A DNA stretch of 63,446 bases, filler included, from Reclinomonas americana ATCC 50394 (taxonomy: Eukaryota): assembly GCA_048213135.1 (NCBI GenBank). It is 7 parts of one record of this genome, joined end to end, with 100 filler letters (N's around TTAATTAATTAA, not from the genome) between each part and the next. Parts side by side here need not be neighbours in the genome. Positions count along the whole stretch, not along the records: positions 50,501 to 52,323 come from PS015082.1; positions 52,424 to 57,364 come from PS015082.1; positions 57,465 to 63,446 come from PS015082.1; 4 more parts are not named here. One strand, given 5' to 3'. Under the pieces are notes generated by a model. It made no database searches, was not told the origin of the DNA, and saw nothing but the letters and a program-made list of their open reading frames with translations. This document shows positions 51,298 to 63,446 of this stretch, in pieces; position 1 is the first letter of the stretch, and every line of letters starts with the position of its first letter. A program made the position numbers and the translations under genes.

Positions 51298-51499
51298 GTT
51301 CTCCACCTCTCGCACTCACTCACTCGCTTTGCTGTCGCTCGATGCGCTGTCTCTTGCTCTCCAACACAGAGTGCGCACACACACACACGCAAACACACAC
51401 GCAAAGACACACAACAAGAAGAACCAACTTGAGCGAGAAAATTTCGCGCTCTTGTGCGTATTTGACCGTTGTGCCTTTTGGTGATAAATTGGTACGATC

Positions 51500-52266
51500 A
51501 TGCGCCGGCAATCGGCAACTCGCCTGGAGGCCCCTGATGAAGGTCCGCGTGTGTATAATCTTGCGTATTCCTTGCTTGTGTACTTAACAGGTCCGCGTAC
51601 ACAGTGTTTCCTGGGGTGTACTTGGGCTCGGTGTTTGCGGCGCAAAACGTGGAGGTGTTGCGTGAGCTCCGTATCACACACGTGCTGTCGATGGTCGGTC
51701 GCATCGACTTTGCCAGCTTCCCTGAGGTGTGTGTCACCGCAGCAGCAGCAGCAGCAACTAAGGAGTGTGTGTGACGGTTGTCCGCGTGTGCAGGAGTTTG
51801 AGTACATGACGGTGTCGTTGCGCGAGTGTGATGCCTCGCGACCGTTGTTGGAGGCGCTGCCGGGGTGTCTGGCGTTCATGGACGCTGCGTTGGACAGTGG
51901 CGGAGGTCGTGTGCTGGTGCACTGTATGATGGTGTGTGTGTGTGGTCGTTGAGTGCTCTCGTGTGTGTGTGTGATGATCACATTCCTCCGTGTCCCGATG
52001 CGCAGGGGCAATCGCGCTCAGCGGCTGTGGTGCTGGCATACATGATGGTGCGGCACGGGGCGACGCTGAACGAGGCAATGGATGCCGTGCTTCAGCGACG
52101 GCCGTCGGTGAAGCCGAATTTGCATCTGATGAAGCAACTGCGCTTGCTCGACAGGCAGTGCGAGAGGCGGAGGCGGCGGCAGGCGGCCGAGGAGTCCGGC
52201 TCACCGACAGCGCGGTCGTCGGTGGCTGTGCGAGCAGAGGCGGCATCGCAGCCGGCGTCGGCGTGA
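51500..52266 (+). CDS. Atypical dual-specificity phosphatase
   Basis: VFPGVYLGS..LRITHVLS and RVLVHCMM|GQSRSAAVVLAYMM (HCx5R), RRPSVKPN. The exact start is uncertain. Confidence 0.88.
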
Positions 52267-52423
52267 GGAGATCACCCCTCTCTTTCTCACACACACGCCG
52301 CGAAGACCGGTGGGAGTGGCGCANNNNNNNNNNNNNNNNNNNNNNNNNNNNNNNNNNNNNNNNNNNNTTAATTAATTAANNNNNNNNNNNNNNNNNNNNN
52401 NNNNNNNNNNNNNNNNNNNNNNN

Positions 52424-52888
52424 AGTCGATGTGTACACGTTTGCAGTGTCGCTGCACGTGGCTACTCGGCATAGATCATCAGGTAAGTACAGCGAACGAC
52501 GCATTTTGCCAACAACAATGGTGCACGCACCTCGCGTAAACATGATCGTGTCCGTCGTGCGCAGGCCAGTGCCAGTACTGAACGTCCCCATACCAGATGA
52601 GCAGGAGAATCAAGACACACTCAGCGGTCCACACTGTCACACGCAACAGAGTGAGCACGGCACCAATGTCCAACGTCGGAATGCTCGTGGGTGTGAAGCC
52701 CGTCAGGACCGCAGTATCTGCAGGCACATCGACGTGGGTCATTTTTCTTTTCAAAGAAGAGGGCCTTAAACAACAACTGACGCACTGACGGCACTCATTG
52801 TCGGCGACGACAACACCAGCGACGGCAGATTGCTGTTGACCTGCAAGCACACGTAATACGTCGCCGCTGTCGCCAGTCCGGTGCCGCC
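52424..52888 (-). CDS. Reverse-oriented 5' fragment of lectin-surface protein copy A
   Basis: The reverse complement is closely similar to 59562-60027 of copy B. It is bounded by a linker and a gap. Confidence 0.8.
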
Positions 52889-53505
52889 NNNNNNNNNNNN
52901 NNNNNNNNNNNNNNNNNNNNNNNNNNNNNNNNNNNNNNNNNNNNNNNNNNNNNNNNNNNNNNNNNNNNNNNNNNNNNNNNNNNNNNNNNNNNNNNNNNNN
53001 NNNNNNNNNNNNNNNNNNNNNNNNNNNNNNNNNNNNNNNNNNNNNNNNNNNNNNNNNNNNNNNNNNNNNNNNNNNNNNNNNNNNNNNNNNNNNNNNNNNN
53101 NNNNNNNNNNNNNNNNNNNNNNNNNNNNNNNNNNNNNNNNNNNNNNNNNNNNNNNNNNNNNNNNNNNNNNNNNNNNNNNNNNNNNNNNNNNNNNNNNNNN
53201 NNNNNNNNNNNNNNNNNNNNNNNNNNNNNNNNNNNNNNNNNNNNNNNNNNNNNNNNNNNNNNNNNNNNNNNNNNNNNNNNNNNNNNNNNNNNNNNNNNNN
53301 NNNNNNNNNNNNNNNNNNNNNNNNNNNNNNNNNNNNNNNNNNNNNNNNNNNNNNNNNNNNNNNNNNNNNNNNNNNNNNNNNNNNNNNNNNNNNNNNNNNN
53401 NNNNNNNNNNNNNNNNNNNNNNNNNNNNNNNNNNNNNNNNNNNNNNNNNNNNNNNNNNNNNNNNNNNNNNNNNNNNNNNNNNNNNNNNNNNNNNNNNNNN
53501 NNNNN

Positions 53506-56500
53506 GGTCCGCGGCAAGTGATCATGGACAGCTATGCCTACACCTCCAATGACGGTGGACCGAATCGACGCATGATAATCACCGTAGGCGGCATTGGGCT
53601 GCCAGTGGATAGCGCCAACACGGCCCAGACGTACAAGATCTGCTACACTGGCTACGTGGCCACGGGCTCTGCTTCTGCTACGCTGTTCTCTTCGCCGACG
53701 CTTACCTCAGGTGCGTTTCATGTTCTCACGTGGGTCTCATGAATGTTGAATATTGAATGGTATGAGTTGCGCAGTGGCGTTCTATCAGATCGACAAGTGG
53801 GCAGTGGACACGAGTTCGACTGCCGCGACAATCACCATCACTGGCGGTGTGACCACGAGTGACAAGGCCATTGTCGTGGCTGGGTACGATTGTCCGCATG
53901 CTGGAGTGAGTTCGGGTATCGTGAGTATCAATGGATCCAATGCTCTCACGTCTGTGTCGCTGAGTTCCAGTGGCAACGGTGAGTTTTTTGTGACTTGTTA
54001 CTGTGAACATTTGTCCGCTGTGCACACCAACGTGTTGTTTATCCATTCGATGGCGCAGGACCATACACGGTGTGCGTGTTGATTGGCGGCACGCAAGTGG
54101 GCGCTGTCAAGACGGTGCAGGTGTGGAATCCGGGATGGGGATATTCGACTGCAACTGGCTTGGCGACAGCAGGCGGCAGCGGTGCTGGCTTCACGATTGA
54201 TATCAGTGCGGTTACTGGCGGCATTCTGAGTGCCACCGTGGGAGCCGGCGGCAGTGGCTACGTGGTCGGCGACACACTCACCGTCACTGGCGGCGGCGGA
54301 TCCAGCGGCAAGGTTGTGGTGCTGACTGTAAACGGCAGCGCGGTGCAGACGGTGGCTGTACTCGCTGCCGGCAGTGGGTACGCGACTACAGCAGGGGCTT
54401 CCACCAGCGGCGGCACTGGGTCGGGCTGCACGGTCTACATCCTCTCGGGCACCATCTCCACGGTCGCAGTCAATGCCGGCGGCTTTGGCTATCAGGTCGG
54501 CGACATTATTGATGTGGTGCAGACGAATGGCGCCAGTGGCCAGTTGTTGGTAGTGGAGACAAGCACGGGAACCAACTGGCGCAAGATTGGTGACACTGCT
54601 CGTCCTCCGACTCCGATTGTGGAGAGTTGTGTTTTTTCGTCCTTGTGATCATCTCTCAGCAAGTCAAAGAACTCGCTCACCTTGCTTTTTGTTGTCCATC
54701 TGCAGAGTACGCGTTTGAGCCGCGGACGATTCCCGAATCGACTGCTGGTGCTGTGCTGACACTGACTGGTGCTTCGACGCTGGCGTCGGTCTCTGTCAAG
54801 GACTGTGGCAGTTCGACGATCATCTGTTCGGTGGCAGCTGGCGCCGACTGGGGACCGACGAATGGAGCATACTATGCATTGTGCACTACCAACTCCGTCG
54901 CAGCGGTTTGTATTTAGCGTGCATAGTGATGCATTCCTCGGCAGCCGATGCTGATGGAGTTTTGTGCGTGCAGGGCATCTATGATTTGTGCATCTCGTCG
55001 ACTCAAATCAACCAATCCGGGTGGCCGCTGATTGTGGGAAAGTGTGGCTGGTACAATATCAACTTCCGGCCGTCGCAGTACACCAACACGGTGCCCAATA
55101 TCACCACCCGCGCGCAGAGTGCTGGTGCCTGTGCAGGTGTGTGTTTCCTTTTCGTCCTTGCAGTGTCTTTTTTGGTGTGTCTCACTCTTGTGATTGTCAG
55201 GTGACACCACCATGAGTACCAGTGGATGCAAATGGTGTGAGATACTGCTGCATCCTGTCGTTGAGCTTGGTGTTGCTTGCTCACTACCAAGGCACTTTGT
55301 TGTGTCTCTGCAGGTGCAACCAATCTGGTCAGCTCCGTGCGCTGGGCGACTGGACAAAGTCGACACAGTCGTCAACGCGCGGTTACTGCGTCAACTCGGG
55401 CACATCTTGCAGCAACAGTGTCACTGGTATGACAGCCGCTGTGGACATGCTGGTCAACCAGGATGCTGTTGTGGCGTACCCGGTGCACGACAAGTGGAAG
55501 GAGAACGGCGACCAGGTGCTGGAGGAGGTGTTCCCGAACCGCTTTGCGTACTACAAGATTGCACCGCCGCATCGGTGAGTTGTTGTTTCTACAATCGCGT
55601 GCTATGATCTACTCTTTCTCTCCCCCTTGTACTGACTGCTGCCAACAAATATGCAGCAACTTTGATCTGCATGTGATGGCGCGTAGCATCGACTATCTGC
55701 GACTGGGCGACAACCTTGACATGTACATTCAGCGCAATGCGGCTCCGACAACGTCGTCGTGGGCGTTCACGTCAGTGCGCGAGAGCAATCCGTGGGCGAT
55801 TGACGTGTACTCTGAGGATTTGTGGGCGAACGGTTTGTTTTGCATTGTGTGCGAGTGGCGTGGTGTTGCAGAGCTCTCACGATCATGCCATTCTGTCGTA
55901 CAGCTGGGTGCACGACGTCTGGATGTAATCCGTACTACATTGGCGTGATGGGCGACAATCAGTTCCCGCAGAAGAGTGGGGCGTCGCAGTATCAGATGCA
56001 AGTGTGGCTTGGTGCGCTCGTGTTGATCGATGGTGGGGTTGCTGCCATTGTGTTGGTTTTGGCTTCTCACAGTCACTCATCTCACAGAGATGAACTTTAC
56101 TGATTTCACGTGCGCGGACGCCAGCAGCAACAACTGCCTCAATCTCAAGATCCGTGACGGTACTACGGTGTCGGCGGGCGTCACTGCCATGCTGCTGTCG
56201 ACGGCCGATTCAACCGGCAACGCAAATACTGATGCAGTGACGGTTCGTTGCGATTGGTGCCGGTGGCTTGTGACATGGACTCGAGTTGCTTACTTCCACT
56301 GCTACCATCGCGCACAGTTTGTTGCCGACGATTTGACGCCTGCCAACAATGTCATGCGGCTGACAAAGCAGAAGGCCGGGTCGATTCTATCGCTGACCGA
56401 CCGCCATCGCCGCTCGCACGTGTACTATGGTGACCAACTGTATCTGAAGAACGGATTCGAGGCTCGTTTCCGGTTCCGCATCTCGTCGCTGGGTCTCTGC

Positions 56501-57301
56501 ACAGAACTCGACGGGTGCGTACCTGTGTGTGTGCAAGGCGAGGTGGTGCCGAGTCGAGTGTCTGACATTGCCAGAATACGTGTGCAGATTCTGCGGTGGC
56601 GGCGACGGATTTGCTCTCGTGTTCGCCAAGAGCTCGACGACTTCCAGTCGTGTTCCGACGGCGTGGCAGACGGCAAATAAGTTTGCAGTGGGCAAGGGCA
56701 TTGGGTACGAGGGACTGTCGGATGTGTTGGCGATCGAGTTCGACACGTGGTTCAACAAGGACTACTACGACCCGAAGCAGGTTTCTTCTTGGATCTCATT
56801 ATTGTATCGCATGTTGACGAGAAGCACGCTGTACTCACTGAGGTGGTGCAGGGCGTGGAGCATTGGTGGATCAACGCGACCGAGTACGTGAGCTATGCCG
56901 ACAACCATGTGGCAGGTGAGTTTGTTGGTGATGGCAAAGATGAGACACAGCCTGTGATTGACCGTTGGGGTTTCCAGTGTTCTCGTCGCTCCCTGGACAG
57001 ACGGTGCAGGCCGACCACTCGTCGAACTCGCTGATTGGTGCGACACCATCGATCCCCAATCTGAGCGACGGTCAGATCCACGAAGTGCGCGTGTGGTGAG
57101 TTGGTCTTTTGTCGTCAGAAGGTGACGGCGTCAGCGCATCCGCATGATGCTGATCGGGAGCGCAGGTACCTGCCGCCGATGTTTGGGCATCCGGGATCGC
57201 TGTCGATCTTCATTGACAACACGGCACGACCGGTGCTTGTGGTGGACGTGACGCTGGACAGCGCGTACAGCTACTTCCCGAATCACTACATGATGCAGCG
57301 A
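53506..57301 (+). CDS. Secreted/surface protein copy A: Ig/TIG-like modules, Gly-rich GSGY repeats, PPC-like module, L-type (legume) lectin-like domain (partial)
   Basis: GFEARFRFRIS..GGDGFALVF..GIGYEGLSDVLAIEFDTWFN..DNHVAV..LSDGQIHEVRVWY are legume-lectin motifs. LDMYIQRNAAPTTSSW is PPC-like. Confidence 0.75.
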
Positions 57302-57311
57302 GTTGAGTGTG

Positions 57312-57354
<43 letters not shown>

Positions 57355-57464
57355 CGTTTCTGTGNNNNNNNNNNNNNNNNNNNNNNNNNNNNNNNNNNNN
57401 NNNNNNNNTTAATTAATTAANNNNNNNNNNNNNNNNNNNNNNNNNNNNNNNNNNNNNNNNNNNN

Positions 57465-57598
57465 CATTGCAAGACGCGCACTCCGCACGCAACAGCTTGT
57501 GGCAGAACGCCCACGACAGAATGTCCACATTCTGCGTCACATCGCCAACGCCAGCCGTGAATCCCATGTATCCGTAGCCATTCGAGTCCAGCACTCCC
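57465..57598 (-). CDS. Reverse-oriented exon holding the end of the lectin domain of this gene family
   Basis: GVLDSNGYGYMGFTAGVGDVTQNVDILSWAF corresponds to the L-lectin C-terminal motif (VGFSA..G..HxILSWSF). Confidence 0.7.
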
Positions 57599-58607
57599 TG
57601 TGAACACACACACGGGCGGGGCGAGTCAGCTTCGGNNNNNNNNNNNNNNNNNNNNNNNNNNNNNNNNNNNNNNNNNNNNNNNNNNNNNNNNNNNNNNNNN
57701 NNNNNNNNNNNNNNNNNNNNNNNNNNNNNNNNNNNNNNNNNNNNNNNNNNNNNNNNNNNNNNNNNNNNNNNNNNNNNNNNNNNNNNNNNNNNNNNNNNNN
57801 NNNNNNNNNNNNNNNNNNNNNNNNNNNNNNNNNNNNNNNNNNNNNNNNNNNNNNNNNNNNNNNNNNNNNNNNNNNNNNNNNNNNNNNNNNNNNNNNNNNN
57901 NNNNNNNNNNNNNNNNNNNNNNNNNNNNNNNNNNNNNNNNNNNNNNNNNNNNNNNNNNNNNNNNNNNNNNNNNNNNNNNNNNNNNNNNNNNNNNNNNNNN
58001 NNNNNNNNNNNNNNNNNNNNNNNNNNNNNNNNNNNNNNNNNNNNNNNNNNNNNNNNNNNNNNNNNNNNNNNNNNNNNNNNNNNNNNNNNNNNNNNNNNNN
58101 NNNNNNNNNNNNNNNNNNNNNNNNNNNNNNNNNNNNNNNNNNNNNNNNNNNNNNNNNNNNNNNNNNNNNNNNNNNNNNNNNNNNNNNNNNNNNNNNNNNN
58201 NNNNNNNNNNNNNNNNNNNNTCGAATCATGCTCACTCTTTTTCGTTCGTCTGCAGCGGCTGTGTGGCGTACTGAGATCTCTTCTCTCGTCTTCTGTCGCC
58301 TCTTGTATGTGTTGATGATTGTCGATGAATTTTCATTTGAGACTTATCTTATATTGCTTCCCATTGTTGCGTGGGAGCGGACGAGTTTCCCCGCTTTCTT
58401 CTTGCGTGTGGGGTGTTTGTGCATGTGTGGCGTATTCTTGTGCACTTGTGTCGCTTGTGTGTGCGCACGTGCGTTGTTGCTGTGTTTGTGTGTTTGTGTG
58501 CAACATGCCCGCTGCGCTCATGGCGATGCCCGACATCGCGCTCACGTTTTTTTCTTCCCCTGTGCCTCTTTGTGTGCGTCACTCATCGTGCAGTCGTACG
58601 GAACGCA

Positions 58608-61600
58608 ATGGGGAGTCTCACCTTTCACTTGGTGCTCGTCGCCTTGGCGCTTATGATGACGATGCTCGGCGCGGCAAATGGTGTGTGCAATATCAGACGC
58701 ATCGTTGCTGGTTTTTCTCGCAGCGCACGCTGCTGCTCACCTCGTCCGCCCTTGATGCGTGTGTCTGTGCGTTCAGCTGCCAGCGTGAGCTCGTTCTCGC
58801 CGCTTCATGCGCGCGCGGGCATTGGAAGCAGCGAAGACGTTCTCACCATCACCGGTGCGCGACGCGAACGTTTTATTGCTGACTGGCGAGTGCGTTTTCC
58901 TCATATTCCCCCCGCGCGCTGTGCAGGCACTGGCCTTGTCACCGGTGACTCCGTGTGTCTCAGTCTCGGCGGCTGCCCGGCCGCGTGTGCTGGCACGACT
59001 TCAACACTGACGAACGCGTCTACTGCGCTGAATGGTTGGTGACCGCGCTCAATGAGTGGCGGTTTTCTGTTCTCCTTGCAGTTGACTTCTCAACTATACG
59101 CACATGACAGGAGCGAGTGGCACCTCGACCGAGCACTACGTCAAGCTCACGAACATCTCGGCTGGCGAATACTACGTGTGCTCTGGACCTGGCGGCGGAA
59201 CCGTGACGTTGCGTTTCGGCGTCATCACTCGTTCTGAATCCTCAACATTGACACTTCGTATGCATGGCGTGCAGCCAAGTCGGCACTATGTTGCTGCGCT
59301 TGGTCAGCATCTCGGGCCTGTTGCCGCCCTCCATCACTTCGTTGGATCCGACTGCGGCGGTGATTGTGCAGGTGATTCGCGTTGCCAAGCAGCCTCGAAT
59401 GTGGTGTTTGTTGGCTCACCTTCTTCTTTTCACAGGGCCTGTACCTCAATCCAACCGACGTGGTACAGTTCTCGGCGTCGTCGACCTGTGCCGTGGTCTC
59501 TGCCACGGCGACAGGCATCACGACGACAAATCCGCAGCGTACCGAGCTGACGGCGTACATTGGCGGCACCGGACTGGCGACAGCGGCGACGTATTACGTA
59601 TGCTTGCAGGTCAACAGCAATCTGCCGTCGCTAGTGTTGTCGTCGCCGACATTGAGTGCCGTCAGTGCGTCATTTGTTGTTTAAGGCCCGCTTCTTTGAA
59701 AAGAAAGGACCCACATTGCTGTGTATGCATGCAGATACTGCGGTTCTGACGGGCTTCTCTCCCACGAGCATTCCGACGTTGGACATTGGTGCCGTGCTCA
59801 CTCTGTTGCGTGTGACAGTGTGGACCGCTGAGTGTGTCTTGATTCTCCTGCTCATCTGGTATGGGGACGTTCAGTACCGGCACTGGCCTGCGCACGACGG
59901 ACACGATCATGTTTACGCGAAGTGCGTGCGCCATTCTTGCTTGCAGAATGCTACATTCTTGGTGGTTGCTAATCTGGTGTGTTGAACAGACACGTGCAGC
60001 GACACCGCAAACGTGTACACATCGACTGGTCCGCGGCAAGTGATCATGGACAGCTTTGCCGGACCGAATCGACGCATGATTATCACCGTGGGTGGCATTG
60101 GGCTGCCAGTGGACAACCTCGGCGCGTCGCAGACGTACAAGATCTGCTACACTGGCTATGTTGCCACGGGCACTGCTTCTGCTGCTCTCTTTGGCACGAC
60201 TCTTACCTCAGGTTCGGTTTTTGTTGTCACGTTGGGTCTCATGAACGTGGTGTTAAAGGTGTGAGTTGCGCAGTGGCGTTCTATCAGATCGACACGTGGG
60301 CCGTGGATACGCATACGACTGCCGCTACGATCACCATCAGTGGTGGTGTGACCACGAGCGACAAGGCCATTGTCGTGGCTGGGTACGATTGCCAGCACGC
60401 CGGAGTACCTACGGCAAATTATTTGTCCATCTCCGGAACAAAGACGATCTCGGCTACTCTTCATTCAACCACTGTTGGCAACGGTGAGTGTGTTGTCATC
60501 CATTGTGATAAAAGTGCAGCTTACAGATATATACTAACATGGTGCTTGTTATTGTGATGACGCAGGAGCGTATACGGTGTGTGTGTTGATTGGCGGCACG
60601 CAAGTGGGTGCTGTCAAGACGGTGCAGGTGTGGAACCCCGGTTGGGGGTACTCGGTCGCAACTGGCTTGCCGACAGCAGGCGGCAGCGGTGCTGGATTCA
60701 CTCTTGACATTGTATCTATTGCCGGCGGCATTCTGAGTGCCACCGTGGCAACCGGCGGCAGTGGCTACGTGGTCGGCGACACAATCACTCTCACTGGTGG
60801 CAGCGGATCGAATGGCAAGGTTGTGGTGCTGACGGTAAACGGCAGCGCGGTGCAGACGGTGGCTGTGCTCGCTGTCGGCAGTGGCTACTTGACTACATCA
60901 GGGGCTTCCACCAGCAGTAGCCCTGGATCGGGCTGCTTACTCAACATCCTTGCCGGCAACATGATCTCCAGCTTTATCGGCATTCAGAGTGCCACAGTGC
61001 ACGCGGGGGGCGCTGGCAGTGGCTACGCAGCCAACGATGTGCTCAGTCTCACAAGTGGTGGCGGATCAGGTGGCGCGCTTCGAGTGCTGACAGTAGACGG
61101 CAGCGGCGCGGTACTGACGGTGTCGGTGTTGCTTGCCGGCAATGGGTACACGACTACGTCAGCGGCGACCACCAGCACCAATAATATGGGAATGGGCTGC
61201 ACAGTTGACATCACCGCCGGTACAATCCCCGCTATTGCAGTCAATGCCGGCGGCTTTGGCTATCAGGTCGGCGACATTATCGATGTGGTGCAGACGAATG
61301 GTGCCAGTGGCCAGTTGTTGGTAGTGGAGACGAGCACGGGAACCAACTGGCGCAAGATTGGCGACACTGCTAACCCACCAACTCCGATTGTGGAGAGTTG
61401 CGTTTTTCGTCTCTTGTGTGATTATCTCTCAACAAGTCAAAGAACTCGCTCACCTTGCGATCCGTTATCTGTCTGCAGAGTACGCGTTTGAGCCACGGAT
61501 GATTCCTGAGTCAACTGTGGGTGCTGTGCTGACACTGACCGGTTCTACGACGCTGGCATCAGCCACTGTTACCATTTGCAGCGGTGCAACTGTGTGCACG

Positions 61601-63446
61601 GTGGCAGCAGGCGCCAACTGGGGACCGACGAATGGAGCATACTATGCTTTGTGCACGACAAGCTCTGTCACAGCGGTTAGTATGCAGCGTTTATGGCGAT
61701 GCGTTTCTTTGAAATCGGTGCTGATTTATTGTGATTTTCGCAGGGTATTTACAACTTGTGCATCTCGGGGACTCAAATCAACCAATCCGGATGGCCGCTG
61801 ATTGTGGGAAAGTGTGGCTGGTACAATATCAACTTCCGGCCGTCGCAGTACACCAACACGGTGCCCAACATCACCACCCGCGCGCAGAGTGCTGGTGCCT
61901 GTGCAGGTGTGTTTTTTCCATTTGTCCTTGCAGTGTCTTTTGTGGTGTGTCTCACTCTTGTGATTGTCAGGTGACACAACCATGAGTACCAGTGGATGCA
62001 AATGGTGTGAGATACTGCTGCATGCGCAGCCTGTCGTTGAGCTTGGTGTTGCTTGCTCACTACCAAGGTCCTCTGTTGTGTCTCTGCAGGTGCAACCAAT
62101 CTGGTCAGGCTCGTGCACTTGGCGACTGGACAAAGTCGACACAGTCGTCAACGCGCGGTTACTGCGTCAACTCGGGCACATCCTGCAGCAGTGGCAGTGG
62201 TATGACAGCCGCTGTGAACATGCTTGTCAACCAGGACGCTGTTGTGGCGTACCCGGTGCACGACAAGTGGAAGGAGAACGGCGACCAGGTGCTGGAGGAG
62301 GTGTTCCCGAACCGCTTTGCGTACTACAAGATTGCACCGCCGCATCGGTGAGTTGTTGTTTCGGTGATCGCGTGCTATGGTCTGCTTTTTCTCTCCCCCT
62401 TGTTCTGACCTCCACCGACCACAATGCAGCAACTTTGACCTGCATGTGATGGCGCGGAGCATCGACTATCTGCGACTGGGCGACAACCTGGACATGTACA
62501 TTCAGCGCAATGCGGCTCCGACAACGTCGTCGTGGGCGTTCACGTCAGTGCGCGAGAGCAATCCGTGGGCGATTGACGTGTACTCTGAGGATTTGTGGGC
62601 GAACGGTTTGTTTTGCATTGTGTGCGAGTGGCGTGGTGTTGCAGAGCTCTGACGATCACGCCATTCTGTCGTACAGCTGGGTGCACGACGTCTGGATGCA
62701 ATCCGTACTACATTGGCGTGATGGGCGACAATCAGTTCCCGCAGAAGAGTGGGGCGTCGCAGTATCAGATGCAAGTGTGGCTTGGTGCGCTCGTGTTGAT
62801 CGATGGTGGGGTTGCTGCCATTGTGTTGCTTTTGTCTGCTCACAGCCACTCATCTCACAGAGATGAACTTTACTGATTTCACGTGTGCGGACGCCAGCAG
62901 TAACGACTGCCTTGTCCTCACGATCCGTGACGGGACTACACTGGTGCCGGGCACCACTGGCATGCTTCTGTCGACGGCTTCTTCTAGTGCCTACACTGAT
63001 GCAGTGACGGTTCGTTGCGATTGGTGCCGTTGGCTTGTGACATGGACTCGAGTTGCTTACTTCCACTGCTTCTGGCGTGCACAGTTTGTGACAGACGACT
63101 TGTCCAACAAAGTCATGCGGCTGACGAAGCAGAAGGCCGGGTCGATTCTGTCGCTGACCGATCGCCATCGCCGCTCGCACGTGTACTATGGTGACCAACT
63201 GTATCTCAAGAACGGTTTCGAGGCTCGTTTCCGGTTCCGCATCTCGTCGCTGGGTCTCTGCACAGAACTCGACGGGTGCGTGCTCGCGCAGCGTGTGTGT
63301 GCAAGGCGAGATGGTGCCGAGTCGAGTGTCTGACATTGCCAGAATACGTGTGCAGATTCTGCGGTGGCGGCGACGGATTTGCTCTCGTGTTCGCCAAGAG
63401 CTCGACAGGTTCCAGTCGTGTTCCGACGGCGTGGGCGACAGCGAGC
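58608..63446 (+). CDS. Secreted/surface protein copy B (paralog of copy A), runs off the window end
   Basis: Signal peptide MGSLTFHLVLVALALMMTMLGAA, repeated LTxTGxGLxxxD..C..YxxC modules, a GSGY-repeat exon at 60566-61396, and the same exon-intron structure as copy A. Confidence 0.8.

Noticed and set aside
51541-51598. Direct repeat AGGTCCGCGT at both ends of the first DUSP intron (possible intron gain by duplication)
   Set aside because: Splicing at the repeat does not give the frame needed for the DUSP domain, the true donor is uncertain, and a single 10-mer may be chance.
22163-52266. Alternative genetic code to explain in-frame stops in conserved genes
   Set aside because: The stops I checked fall within GT-AG introns, and the spliced models translate with the standard code and end at TAA or TGA.
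52424-52888. Inverted gene segment suggesting programmed DNA inversion or scrambled genes (also 57465-57635)
   Set aside because: Both pieces are small contigs bounded by a linker and a gap. Mis-orientation during scaffolding is the simpler explanation unless long reads show otherwise.

Overview
A gappy draft scaffold from a gene-dense, very intron-rich microbial eukaryote. Introns are mostly about 60-110 nt GT-AG, (AG)n/(TG)n microsatellites are common, and contigs are joined by artificial N44-TTAATTAATTAA-N44 linkers. I rebuilt about 20 spliced genes by hand: a kelch-like protein, a secreted protein ending in 14 knottin-like modules, MEMO1, spastizin/ZFYVE26, a PARP1/2-type PARP, serine palmitoyltransferase LCB2, C-5 sterol desaturase, a secreted CHAP/NlpC-P60-like hydrolase, KCTD9, a La-motif + CCR4-like (EEP) fusion, PP2A B'', a DUSP, and two paralogous secreted Ig-like/GSGY-repeat/L-type-lectin genes. 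The most striking signal is the splicing system. Conserved motifs are cut into ultra-short exons: an apparent 2-nt exon supplies the catalytic Glu of PARP, and 6/6/9-nt exons build the YNYGQ motif of the desaturase. There also appear to be two 5' splice-site classes (G|GTGCG versus H|GTTGCG). Other highlights are a ~175-bp dimeric satellite with internal inverted repeats and paralogs whose introns are more conserved than parts of their exons. All gene models are manual, family calls come from remembered motifs rather than database searches, and both need RNA-seq or search confirmation.
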